Part shown: positions 11,674-23,400 of the stretch, piece after piece
Numbering within the stretch: the stretch's first letter is position 1
Layout: the number at the start of each line of letters is the position of its first letter
Assembly (NCBI GenBank): GCA_003344405.1
Contig: NOWV01000232.1
Location: forward strand, 1 to 64,000
DNA length: 64,000 bases
Direction: 5' to 3'
Source of the DNA: Trichoplax sp. H2
Taxonomy: Eukaryota
Position numbers and translations under genes: made by a program
Notes under the pieces: model-generated
What the model saw: the letters and a program-made list of their open reading frames with translations, nothing else
The model's database searches: none
What the model was told of the DNA's origin: nothing

Positions 11674-13151
11674 TTACAACATGGTGTGGGTTTGAGGTTC
11701 ATAAAGACCTCCCAACCACCAGTTTGCTGTCGATGATCCATAAGAAGAGCATGTATGCTTAGTACTGTAACCATTATAGTGACCAAAGTCTGATTCTTGA
11801 TGCGATGGAACAGCACCAGGAAATTTATAACGTCCACAATACTTAGTCGTATGGGACGCTAAAAATGTCGGATGATAACTAGTGGATGCCCAGAACGGGA
11901 AATAACACCTGACACAAGCATTGCCTCGGACAATCACATAGTCAAATTGATGACAACCAAATGAATACAAGTAGACTATATTGAGGTCACAGATATTATT
12001 TCGCATATAGTCATTACGTTCGATATCTTTAGTTAGATTCTGAGCATATTCGTTAAAGTTACAGGTTGCTCTCCAATGAGTTGTAGTGTTAATTGAATTA
12101 ATAGTTCGCATGTTTGCTAATGACATTCTAAAAGCTGACCAATGTGCAGGATTGTTTTCATTGTATGGAGCATTGACAGTATAGCTACGTTGGAAACGCC
12201 AGGCGTTCGGAAGCTTGGAGCCATAAACACCAATATTACGATCAAATGATTCGATTAGAGTCCATACAAATGGAGCATCACTTTTGAAATCGCAATAAGC
12301 ATGATAGGCAGCATTTTTACTATCGTATATAATGTAAATGCCGTTTGTATTGATTTTCGGGTTGATATATTTGATCTCTAAGCAACTTTTGGGCTTCAAT
12401 CCTTTATAGGGCTATAGATTATGATAAACCAGAGATTAAGAAAAGAGAAGAATGAGAATATATGTTTATAAAGGTAATAGATTTTAAAATTTTCATAAAC
12501 TCAAAATAAAGTAGGCAGTGGAGATGCTTATTCTGCTGTCTATATTAAGTACTATCTGCTTTATTTTATCAACTCATATAGTGTAGAAGCAGTGTAGAGA
12601 TTTAATACAATTTGTAGAAGTAAGATAAAATCATTCCTTATCGTACTTTTTAGAATTACTGATCGGCTGTTAGCTCTAATTATCCCTTACCATACCGGTA
12701 TTAATTATAGAGTTGAGTAGTATTGAAAATAGCGAGAATATATTAAGAACGTATTATAGCACATTACCATACAATAATTATCGATAACTTTTACTTAAAT
12801 AATTCACTTATAGTTGCATTTCAATATTAAACATATGTATGCTCTAGTAGATACAAAATCGTACGGATATGGTATCCTTATTTGATGTCTTATTTAAATA
12901 AGTTTAGTCATATCTTAAATAAGTTTAGAATTGTAGCTTTAATTATTTTGTAATTTTATTAAGGTTAGGTAAATTTCGTTAGTAGACGAAAGTGACTAAA
13001 GAAAGGTTAATTTCAAGCTAGCGTCATGCCTCTTTAGTAATATAGTAGATTACAGTTTAGAAATTAAACTAACCAACTTTTCGTCGAGTACTTCACCAAA
13101 TGCTGCATGAATGACGATGGAGAGTAAGGCCAGGATCAACAAATTCTTCAT
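11674..13151 (-). CDS. Secreted FReD/intelectin-like protein, subfamily B copy 2; exons 13151-13074 and 12411-11674 (~271 aa)
   Basis: Exon 1 MKNLLILALLSIVIHAAFGEVLDEKL|gttagt is a signal peptide. Acceptor ctatag|PYKGLKPKSCLEIKY...YCDF...WTLIESF. Confidence 0.85.
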
Positions 13152-15807
13152 TTTTCGTAATAGTTAGCAAAAATTACCAATACTTAAATGAATAGGATTG
13201 GCTTTATTTGACGAGAGGTAACGAACAACAAGATGAATTATAGACAACTAAACATAAAATTATGCTATCAGAAATAGCCTATTTCTTTATTTAATAGCAA
13301 GATCAAGTTTGTCTGTGTTATAAATACTACTATATGAGTGCTATAATTTTCATGAGATAGAAGATTATAGTATAGGCTGGCGCAATGTAACAATACAATG
13401 GCACTATTTCTTACACATTAAGCTCTTCATGACGGACAGTAAAATAAATAAATAAAATTCTATGGGATGGATGCGAAAATAGCCATCGATTATGAATGAC
13501 TACACTTCTTTTGTTACATTTTGGATCAACGGGTGTCTATTCCCTCGTCGCTCGTGTCATGGCCATCAGCAGAATAATTAACTAGAACTGGCCTTATTAT
13601 TATTGTACTTGCGATGGGAACTTGTTTATTAAACCAATTCACGCTGATTATCATAGAAAACTCATACATTAAAGGAGTCTTAGTGCATATCTTCTATACC
13701 AGTTACATTACATAAAATTTTTGACGAACCATTCCGGATGCTGACAACTCTAACCCATTAAGTGTTCAATGTGTTCATGCAACATCTATTAAATTAAGGC
13801 AATAATTATGCCTTAATTTTTATAACCGACTAATACCATACGTGTTACACCATTCACTTCGATTCGGTAGTTAATGGCAAAGTATGAGTATCAGCTTTAT
13901 AAAGGCTTTCCAAATATGAAATTGATTTGCTATCTAAAAGTAGAACATATTCTCCTATTATAATAATTATTATAGAAATCAAAATTATATTCTTTAGGTA
14001 ATAGGCTAACGATAGAAGATTTATATCGTTGAATATATTTAGTTGTATGATATTTATATGGGATAGGAGCTTATACATAGTTGTAATACGGAATAGCATT
14101 TGATTCATGTATTTAAGTAAATATGATCAACACCATAAACGAATTATTTATGTCCGATAATCATGTACATACAGCGCTAGACTTGGATATATAATTGTGA
14201 GGATAACAAACATGCCCGATAATATTTCATAGATCCATTACTATATTGGCAAATTTTATTCTCTTCAATTTATATTGTTAAATTACGTGTGGCAATTCTA
14301 TTAATGAATTTTAGTGGAAGTATACAGATTCACAACTGTAATTTTTTGTAATTATAAGTCTAACGTTAGAGCTAACGGTGTTCTGCCATATGAAATATAA
14401 AATATAATAATTACTGTGGGTGCAAATATATCCTCAAATGATGAGATAGTGCAATTTCCGAACGCAAATTTTTGCACGCATTGTATCAGTATTTTGACCT
14501 AGAAAATTATCTCCGTTATCGATTCCTAGTTTTGTTGCTGGCATAATTGTTAAAATTGTATGTTACTCTTCAACCCCTAGGTCATGTAAATTTATTCATG
14601 GTTTTATACATTAGTTGGTAAAAATGAATAAGCTTCCCGGTATGAGTTTGACGTTGATTTGAAGGAGCATTGATGATATAAAGATGTATCATCTCTTAAG
14701 TGGAATTTGATCAATGAGAGCCCCAGACTCTGTAATTACGATGAAGGATACGAATAAATGTTCAAATGCATATCACATCATTCTTGAAATTGTAATAAAC
14801 TAAGCAAACGATTTTGGCAGGTGTAAATTCTATATGCATTATTTTATTGATCTTAGGACTGAGATATTTGATCCTTGATCAAGTTTTAAGCTTTGGCTTC
14901 TCTAAAACTCTGCTTGAAAAGTAAAATACGTATATTAATTAAAGTGCGTGAAGTATCCTTTACATCTAGTCTATTAGAATAGAAAGCGATTTCATGGTTG
15001 TTCGTGTGTACTTGCTGTATTCAGAATTTATATGCTACACTATGTTACTGCGATAGAAAGAATTCATGAATTAATTAAAGGTGAAAGTAAGGTCTTAGTT
15101 TAATCTTCCTTAATAGAGTAATCGATGATAGGAGACTGACCAATGATTGCTCTAGCTACTTATCAATTTATGGTTTATATGATACTATTACATATTTTCT
15201 ATGGGAGTTACATACTGACTATACTATTAGCAAAAGATGTATTCTGTGAGTAGAAGATTTATCATTTAGGAGTCTAAATTTTAAAATCTGAAAACAAACG
15301 ATTAGTATAGAAGTTTCTTTAAATGCAGATATACCAAGTAAATCCACGTTCTACATATTCTAAATATAGTTAGTCGTGAACGTCTGTTTTTAAAGTTTAC
15401 ATTTTTTATTTCAAAGTGCCTGCAAGTAAATAGGTCAATAAAGATAAATGAAGTTATATCAAACAATTCAGTCAACGGTACCCAATTTACCTAAGTTATT
15501 TTATCGGGTTATTATGCAATCTAACAGTAAATAACAACCATATATTTATCATGGTATTTTGTATATTGAATGCGATTATAATTATTGGTTTTACTGAATT
15601 TAATTCTAAAATCTTATAACAGGAAAGGCTACAGTTTTACTAAAGATCATGGTGCTACATGTGTTGATCAAATTCAAATCATTCTACTAACAGCATCTAG
15701 CATCTAGCTAACTTAATGATGTGACAGGGTAGTACCCGCACACGATATAGTTTAGCATACAGTACATATACCTATTTTTGCTAATACTATACTTTAAAAC
15801 TCATTAA

Positions 15808-17259
15808 TTACAACATAGTATGAGTTTGAGGTTCATAAAGGCCTCCTAACCACCAGTTTGCAGTCGATGATCCGTAAGAAGAACATGCATGCTTGGTGCT
15901 GTAACCATTATAATGGCTAAAGTCTGATTCTTGATGAGATGGACTAGATTCAGGGAATTTATATCGTCCACAATAGTTAACCGTATGGGAAGCCAAAAAC
16001 GTCGGATGATAATTACTGGCTGCCCAGAAAGGGAAATAACATCGGACACAAGAATACCCTCGAACACTTACATAATCAAACTGATGACAAGCAAACGAAT
16101 ATGTATACACTATATTGAGATCGCATATATTATTGCGAAGATAGTCATCACGATTGATATCTTTAGTAAGATTCTGAGCATAGTCGTTAAAGTTGCAGGT
16201 TACTCTCCAATGGGTTGTTGTATTGACTGAATTAATTGATCGCATCCTTACCAAAGGCATTCTGAAAGCTGACCAATTTTCAGGTTGATCATCGTTATGC
16301 GGAGCATTGGTGGTATATGGACGTTGGAAATGCCAAGCATTCGGAATCTTGGAGCCCCAAACACCAATATTGCGGTCAAATGATTCAATTAGTGTCCATA
16401 CAAACGGAGCATCACTTTTAAAGTCACAATAAGCCTTATAGGCCACATTAGTGCTGCCATATATAGTATAAACGCCGTTTTCATTAATTGATGGGTTGAT
16501 ATATTTGATCTCTAAACAGCTTTTGGGTTTTTTTCCTCCATAAGGCTATAAATTAAGCGATGTTTGAAGAAGATGTCAGTAAGCATGAATGCTCTCGTAA
16601 GAGATAATTGACTAAAATTTTAGTAAGCTAAAGAAAGTACGTGATAAAAGATTATACCTAGCTACTCTACTATCAGCATTATCTGTTGTTGCAATTATTA
16701 AATCAACACATATAAAGTAAGAAGATCCAATAGAATTGATAGGAGTGTATAGGTACTTTTATATTGTTTCTTAAAATAATTTAATAACTGTCCATAAAGG
16801 TAATCCTTCGTTATATACAAATAATAATTCTAAAGTAGAGAAGGGTAATGCTAAAGGACGACTGAATTAAGATTGTACGGTAATTAAAGACAGTAAAACA
16901 TGGCACTTCTCGCTGATCTTTACTAAAAACTCAGCTAGTGTTTATCCTATTGAAAAATATACGATATACGAAAGCATATCTATATTCTATGCTGTGCTTT
17001 TTTACCATCATTGTTAAATAGTTTGCTATTACTTCAGAGAATTTAGAAACTTAGCTTTAAAAATTTTACGGCAAGGATCAACTTCAAAAGTAACTCATAA
17101 CAATGACAATTCAGCGGCTTAAGTTTAATCTTAAAATAAAATGATATTTTAAGCTAACAATTACAATATACGAAAAAAACTGACCAATTCGTTCGATAGT
17201 GTACCAATAGCGGCATGAATGATGACAGAAAGCAAAGCTAGTGTTAACAGATTCTTCAT
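15808..17259 (-). CDS. Secreted FReD/intelectin-like protein, subfamily B copy 3; exons 17259-17185 and 16545-15808 (~270 aa)
   Basis: Exon 1 MKNLLTLALLSVIIHAAIGTLSNEL|gtcagt. Acceptor ttatag|PYGGKKPKSCLEIKY, in frame with ORF 15808..16446. Confidence 0.85.
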
Positions 17260-19370
17260 TTTCTTAATTATTTTTTGCAAAAATATCGGCACGTAAATGG
17301 GAACGATCGGACGTTGGCACTATTTAGACCAGGACTACCAATTAAGAAGACTATCCAAAAACGATGTTATCGGAAACTGTCTACTGTAAGTACTTTTGTA
17401 CTGAGCTGAGCTTTGCTAGTTTTCATAAAATAGAGAATTAGACCGTCGGCTAATGCAATATAATGCGACAATGTCTGCTGCTTTTACGCAATGCGTAAAC
17501 TCGCCATGATGCATATTAAAATAAATAAATGTTATTCTATACTATACATGCGAAAATAGCCATTATAACTATAATCCTTTTTGATGTAATGTAGGTCAAC
17601 GGGTGTCTATTCCCTTAGCGTCGCCTTCACCGCTGGTAGAATTAGTCAATTATCCCTATTTTAATCTTCATTATTATAGCATCTACAGTAGGGACCTGTT
17701 TGTTAAACTGACTCATGCCGATTATTATCTTAAAAAGGAAGGGCCGTACATTAAGGCTGTACTTACCAAAATGTATATTTTATACTAATGAATGCAATGA
17801 CACTATAAAATTTCTGACGGGGCATTTTGATTAATAATAATTCTAAACAGCTAAGTATCAACCCAGCAACAGCTATGGTAATGTAGTGTAATTTACTTTA
17901 CTTCTCTAGCTTTCTTATTGATGCATCTAAACTCTATAGCATTTTACTACTATACCAGTACCGTACGTGTAATTTCGTTAAATGAATACGGACTTACTTT
18001 TTATAGTGTTATGCAGAACGAAAGGCTTTTGGCGTACAATTATTTTTTGCCTTACATTATATAGATTGTAATACTCTTAACTTGTGTACGAATAATACTA
18101 ATATTAAAAGTAGCTTCTTATTGTATTTCGTGATGGTTTAATAAAAAATTGCAAAAATAAGGATTTTAACAAACTATTGCTGAATTTAAGCTTAAGGATA
18201 CATATGTATTTAGTATTTACATTGATACTCGCATATATATGTACTGAAAAGTACATATACACACACGCAAGAAAAAATTATTTTAATATATAGATTAATA
18301 ACTTCATCTATTAAAGATCCATAATTGATCGGCACAAGTATTTTAATCTATTTTCACTTATGAATTACTATCGTAGTCATTTTATATTTCCTGAACTATA
18401 ATTTTAAATACTAACATTTCAAATATGATACTATACTTGCATTGTAGAAATTCTAGTTCCGGACGCTATATAACAGACATGCACAATGTCTTTTATACAC
18501 GTATTACCGTAGTATACGTCAGAAGATAGATGATATAGAAAATTTAAATAAACTTATTATCGAATATGTACGTTTTAATGCAAAAACTTTTTTAAGTGAT
18601 AAAAATATAAGATAAAAATATAAGCTGATTTCTGGCTGCGATATACTATTTGTTATTGTAACGTGCAGTACACAACACAGTAAAGTTAAAAGTGCCTTTA
18701 CTATAGATATTTTATTTATGATTGCAGTATCAATAAAAACTATATATTTTCGAAGCATTCGTATTACTTTGTTTAAATTTAACTCAAAAATCATGTATGA
18801 AGAATAAGCAATTGCAATGTTCATCTTAGGTAGTGCTCGCAGTAACTAAAATTAAAACGTTACTACGGCTTGGTAAAGGTGTAACCATTGTACGCTAATT
18901 ATTTCTGCATTTATTACAAGTATACATGTGAACAAACGCAATTTCAGGGTTCTAATACCGGTATATAACATACGGATGGTCGATCACTGTTATGTACACC
19001 TTGATGTTTACTAGCAGCACGTATTTGATTTGATATCAATACGAGACTTTGTGATTGAGCAAACATAAATAAAGGGTAGCATGAAATTTCGACTGTTAAT
19101 GTATCGCTGGAGAGTGTAGACTCTTGTTAGGTACCGGTACTATTATTGTAACTGCTGTTATGTAACATTAAGACTTGTGAGTGCTAGACAGGAGTAAATT
19201 TACAATAGTGAGGTTAATTTTTGTTCAAGAAGCTTCTGAAGGAAGCTTCGTAGTTAATCGTGGTTTGGTGCAATGAAGAACAAAAATTTCTTCATAGCTC
19301 TTAGCGGAGATATGAGTAGTTTACTCCTAATACATTTTATTAGATACACCCATGGTTCTAGATAATCAAG

Positions 19371-19677
19371 CTAGTAATCACCTATTTGCTGAGATAAGGC
19401 GATTTGTAGATATATACAGTATACTGTAAGTAAATTTATTTATTAACAGCCTATCCACTGAGGTAAGGGGTTTGATAAATTATGATTTGAAAAATTTATT
19501 CTATAACTTTAGCAAACGTCCTATCCTCTGAGATAGGACGATTAATAGCGTTATGTATTTTAATTTACAATAATCATAGCAATACCCTATCACTGAGATA
19601 GGGCGTTTGGTAGATTAAGACACGGAAAAATTAACACTGTAACACTAGTAAACGCCTTTACTTTAAGATAGGGTGTC
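19371..19677. repeat. Degenerate tandem array of five ~69-bp units, each with a palindromic core CCTATC-N5/6-GATAGG
   Basis: Cores start at ~19381, 19450, 19520, 19585 and 19655. Unit 3 has a perfect stem, CGTCCTATC/GATAGGACG. Confidence 0.8.
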
Positions 19678-19744
19678 GATGGCTTTTATCGATGAAGACA
19701 CTTTTCCCACGTAACTATAAGTACAGTAAATCATAGTAGTTATG

Positions 19745-19904
19745 TATAGTTTGCCTTAATTCTAACCATAATCTTAACCCATAATATAGTTGGTCTTAAC
19801 TCTATCCGTAATTTTAACCTATAGTATAGTTAGTCTTAACTCTAACCGTACTCTTAACCTATAGTATAGTTGGCATTATCTCTAGCCGTAATCGTAACCT
19901 TAAT
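19745..19904. repeat. 40-bp minisatellite, 4 copies
   Basis: TATAGT starts at 19745, 19785, 19825 and 19865. Unit ~TATAGTTGGTCTTAACTCTAACCGTAATCTTAACCTATAG. Confidence 0.9.
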
Positions 19905-20141
19905 CGCTGAAATTATTATTTTAATGCTGTAGTTCAATATTATAGGTATACGAGGGCCGATGATTCTCTATACTGTAGTTTAACGCATTAGTTATTAATG
20001 AATTGTGCTGCTAATTAAGGGTCGCTGCACAGACAGCGCTATGTCAACACTACAGTACACTGACGAATGGTTCTGTACTTCTGCACTCGACGATAATCAT
20101 AATCCGTTACCTGTATAAATAAAATATACGCATGCTCCTGC

Positions 20142-20155
20142 GTAACCAAGGTAAC
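20142..20155 (+). promoter_or_regulatory. RFX X-box upstream of HYDIN
   Basis: GTAACC-AA-GGTAAC matches GTNRCC(N0-3)RGYAAC and lies ~335 bp before the ATG of a ciliary gene. Confidence 0.65.
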
Positions 20156-20487
20156 CTGGTTAAACTTGATTACAAAATGATACATATTACGATTTTATAT
20201 TAGGACAGTCAAACTTTAGCTTTACCGATGGTATTACTAATCTATTTGTAATGTATAAGCTATGGTATAGTAGCAAATGATAGACAATCAACATATCAGT
20301 ATACATAGACCATTACAGCAAGTAGCCGTTAGGATATAGCTGAAGACATTAAAATTTTCGTTAACAAGTTTATGGCAAAATTTCTTATTATTTCCTTACG
20401 TAATCAGTAATCTTCGCAAAATAATTAATTGCTGAAGATTTAGTGTCGTTCTGTGATAGATAAAACACGCCGTTAGTTTTATAACGT

Positions 20488-23400
20488 ATGATGAACGGAA
20501 TAGAAGATCACAGTTCTAATGGTATCAACCATGATACAGTTAGGCGACGCAACCACAAGCCTAAAAATCCTAAAGTCGTACGAACACGACGAGCCGAAAG
20601 GGTAAATATAAATTTTATTCAAGTATGGTATACATTATCATTATAAAGATTTATTTCATTTACCTAGATATCATAGCTTTCATTGCAATTGGTACCAATT
20701 TTAAATGTATTGATGATCAGCTTGCAATCTAGCTTTAACGCAGTATCATGTATTCGTGCATAATTTTCGATGCTATAGTAATTATTAATAATAATATTAT
20801 TCTTGGACCTACATTACTGTTGTAAGTCAATCGTGCATTAAGAAATGATATCCTATGATTGAGCAGACAGTAGTGTAATATTAATACAGAATCTTACGAT
20901 TCTATTTATGATTTACTTGAAAACGTAGTGTTAATGGACATTGCTTTATATCCTACAATATTTGTTAGTATACCCCATCTTCCTTTATGGCAGCGATGGA
21001 AATGACAACTGCTGAACGCCTAGAAAAAACAGATGAAGTTCATATACCTCCAGTTATAGAGTTGCTTGATATGAGCGAGAATACTTACCAAAAGGTTTTT
21101 GATCAATATTAGTGCTATACTATAAATCGACTAGTGAGCACCTTTTAATATTAAACATATTTATATTTATACTATAGGTAACTAATGTGGATATCGACGA
21201 ACCATTATTTCAACCATTTCCATCGGAGGTCTACTTTCAAAAGTATCAAGCCTTTGAAACTTATCGTGTTCCATTTATATTACGCAACAGAGATAAAGTA
21301 ATATAAGTTAATGAAAATAATCTTAGTAAGAATAACACCAAGCAGCTAAGCTGTATGTTCCATTTTTAGGTTGCACGATTGGTAAAAGTTCTTCCAATTG
21401 ATTCACCATACTTTAAAATAATAAGTCCCAAAAACGTCGGTCATAAGACTGCTCCTGGGATGGAAGCAAAATTTGTGGTAGAATTTACGCCGCATGAAGC
21501 TAAGGTTAGATAGTTGATTATATATTCTTAGATATTGAATACGTATTTTTCTAGGTACTCTTTATTTTATTGGGAAATTAATATTTTTCCATTGCCTGAA
21601 AAATTATTGTTGTAGGATTATGCTTATGATATTATTTGCGTCACGGAAAGAGAACGTTTTATTGTACCAATTGTGTGCATTGGTGATCGAGCAATCTTCG
21701 ACTTTCCAGATGAAGTAAACTTATCGTGCTGCCCAGTAAAGGTGATTCTTCGTTGAAAAACTTCCATTTCTATTTGCTATATATCAATTTATGAAACGTG
21801 ATTGACTTATTTTTATGAAATAAATAATATGCATGTGTTTTTTTTATCTTTTTATAGCATAACCTTACGAAAACATTACTTGTAAGAAATGTAGGAAACT
21901 GTACTGGAAAATATACGACAAATTGCAATAAGTACGCATATTAGATGATCTCGATTACAGTTAAAGAGATTTCCAGCTAATTTCTGCTTGTTATAAAATA
22001 ATTTAAATTAGGCCCTTTTCGGTTACTCCTGATCATGGAGAAATTGGTGTTAATGGAAGTCTACAAATTCATATCAACTTTGAACCCCTAAGAGTTGGAG
22101 ATTATTCTGATGATATCATATTGCATTATGATTCCGGTAATAGTTCATAATTATTGTTAATTGTTGAACGTTTTATAACACCTGGTGTAGTGATAGTGTT
22201 TAACGAGGTATCTTTTATATCTAACATGTACGAGTATCTTATTCTTAATAGGTGAAGACATCTACATTCATGTCTACGGTGCTGCGACTGATGCAAATGT
22301 TCGCTTAGAAAAGTCGTCACTAAAGATGGAAACTACATACATCTCTATGTCATCACAGAGGTCCATTTCTATCGTTAATAGAAGTGATGTTGTTGTCCAT
22401 TATCAATGGAAGGCATTTGCAACTACTGAAGAGGAAGAAAGTCAAAAATTGCGATTTTTAACTGATTTATCTGTCGATGAAGAAAAACAACAAAATGATT
22501 TCTTGGAAGAATGCATCAGTGATCCGATTCTGAAAGACAGTATGTCCATTCTGACCAGAACATTCAAAAATAAACGCACGGTAGGCTCGAATTTTATGGC
22601 CTCATAATATTTTAATACCTAAGTAGTTTTAGTAGCGATGTCACTGAAATTGTAATTAAAAATTTCAAATTACCAATATAGGCTATAGAATCGAATAAAT
22701 TTCTATATTCCGGTGAGCAATTTTCTATCGATCCGGTAGAGGGAGACATTTGGCCTAATTCAACAGCTGAAATGATGGTACACTTTAAACCAGTTGAAGC
22801 CAAACCTTATACAGAAACAATTTTTTGCGATGTTGTTGGTCGAGAAAGTAGATTGCCATTGAAAATATCCGGACTTGGAATGGGGCCGAATTTACAATTT
22901 TCTTACCAATCTTTAGATATTGGCGATGTATTTGTTAAATCTAAACACAGCTATGAAGTTATATTACAAAATAAGGGTTATATTGATGCTAACTTTTCTA
23001 TTGTACCGGCAACGACAGAGTTTGGTAAAATGTTCAGCTTCATGCCATCACGTGGTATTGTAAGAGAAGCAGGATTTCAAGCAGTTCAAATTAAATTTTC
23101 GTCTAATGTTATTGGAACATTTGATGAAACATTCATGTGGAATATAGAGGGCTCGCAAGATCCATTGCCATTAAATTTCAAGTGCCATGTTGTTGGACCA
23201 ACATTTACATTTAAACCTAATCGTTTACAATATAGCGATGTTTCATATGGATTTACTTACACGAGGCAAACAGTACTAGAAAATACTTCAGAAATTCCAA
23301 TGACATTTCGTTTACGCGTCGATAGTGATGAGGATGATTTCGTTATTACTCCAAGTGAATACGTGTTGCAACCTATGGAGCAGGTTAATATCCAAATTGA

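Noticed and set aside
19371..19677. CRISPR array
   Set aside because: The repeats are degenerate, the linkers are related to each other (units 2 and 4 share ATTA.GA...GAAAAATT...CT.TAAC), there are no cas genes, and the context is intron-rich eukaryotic DNA.
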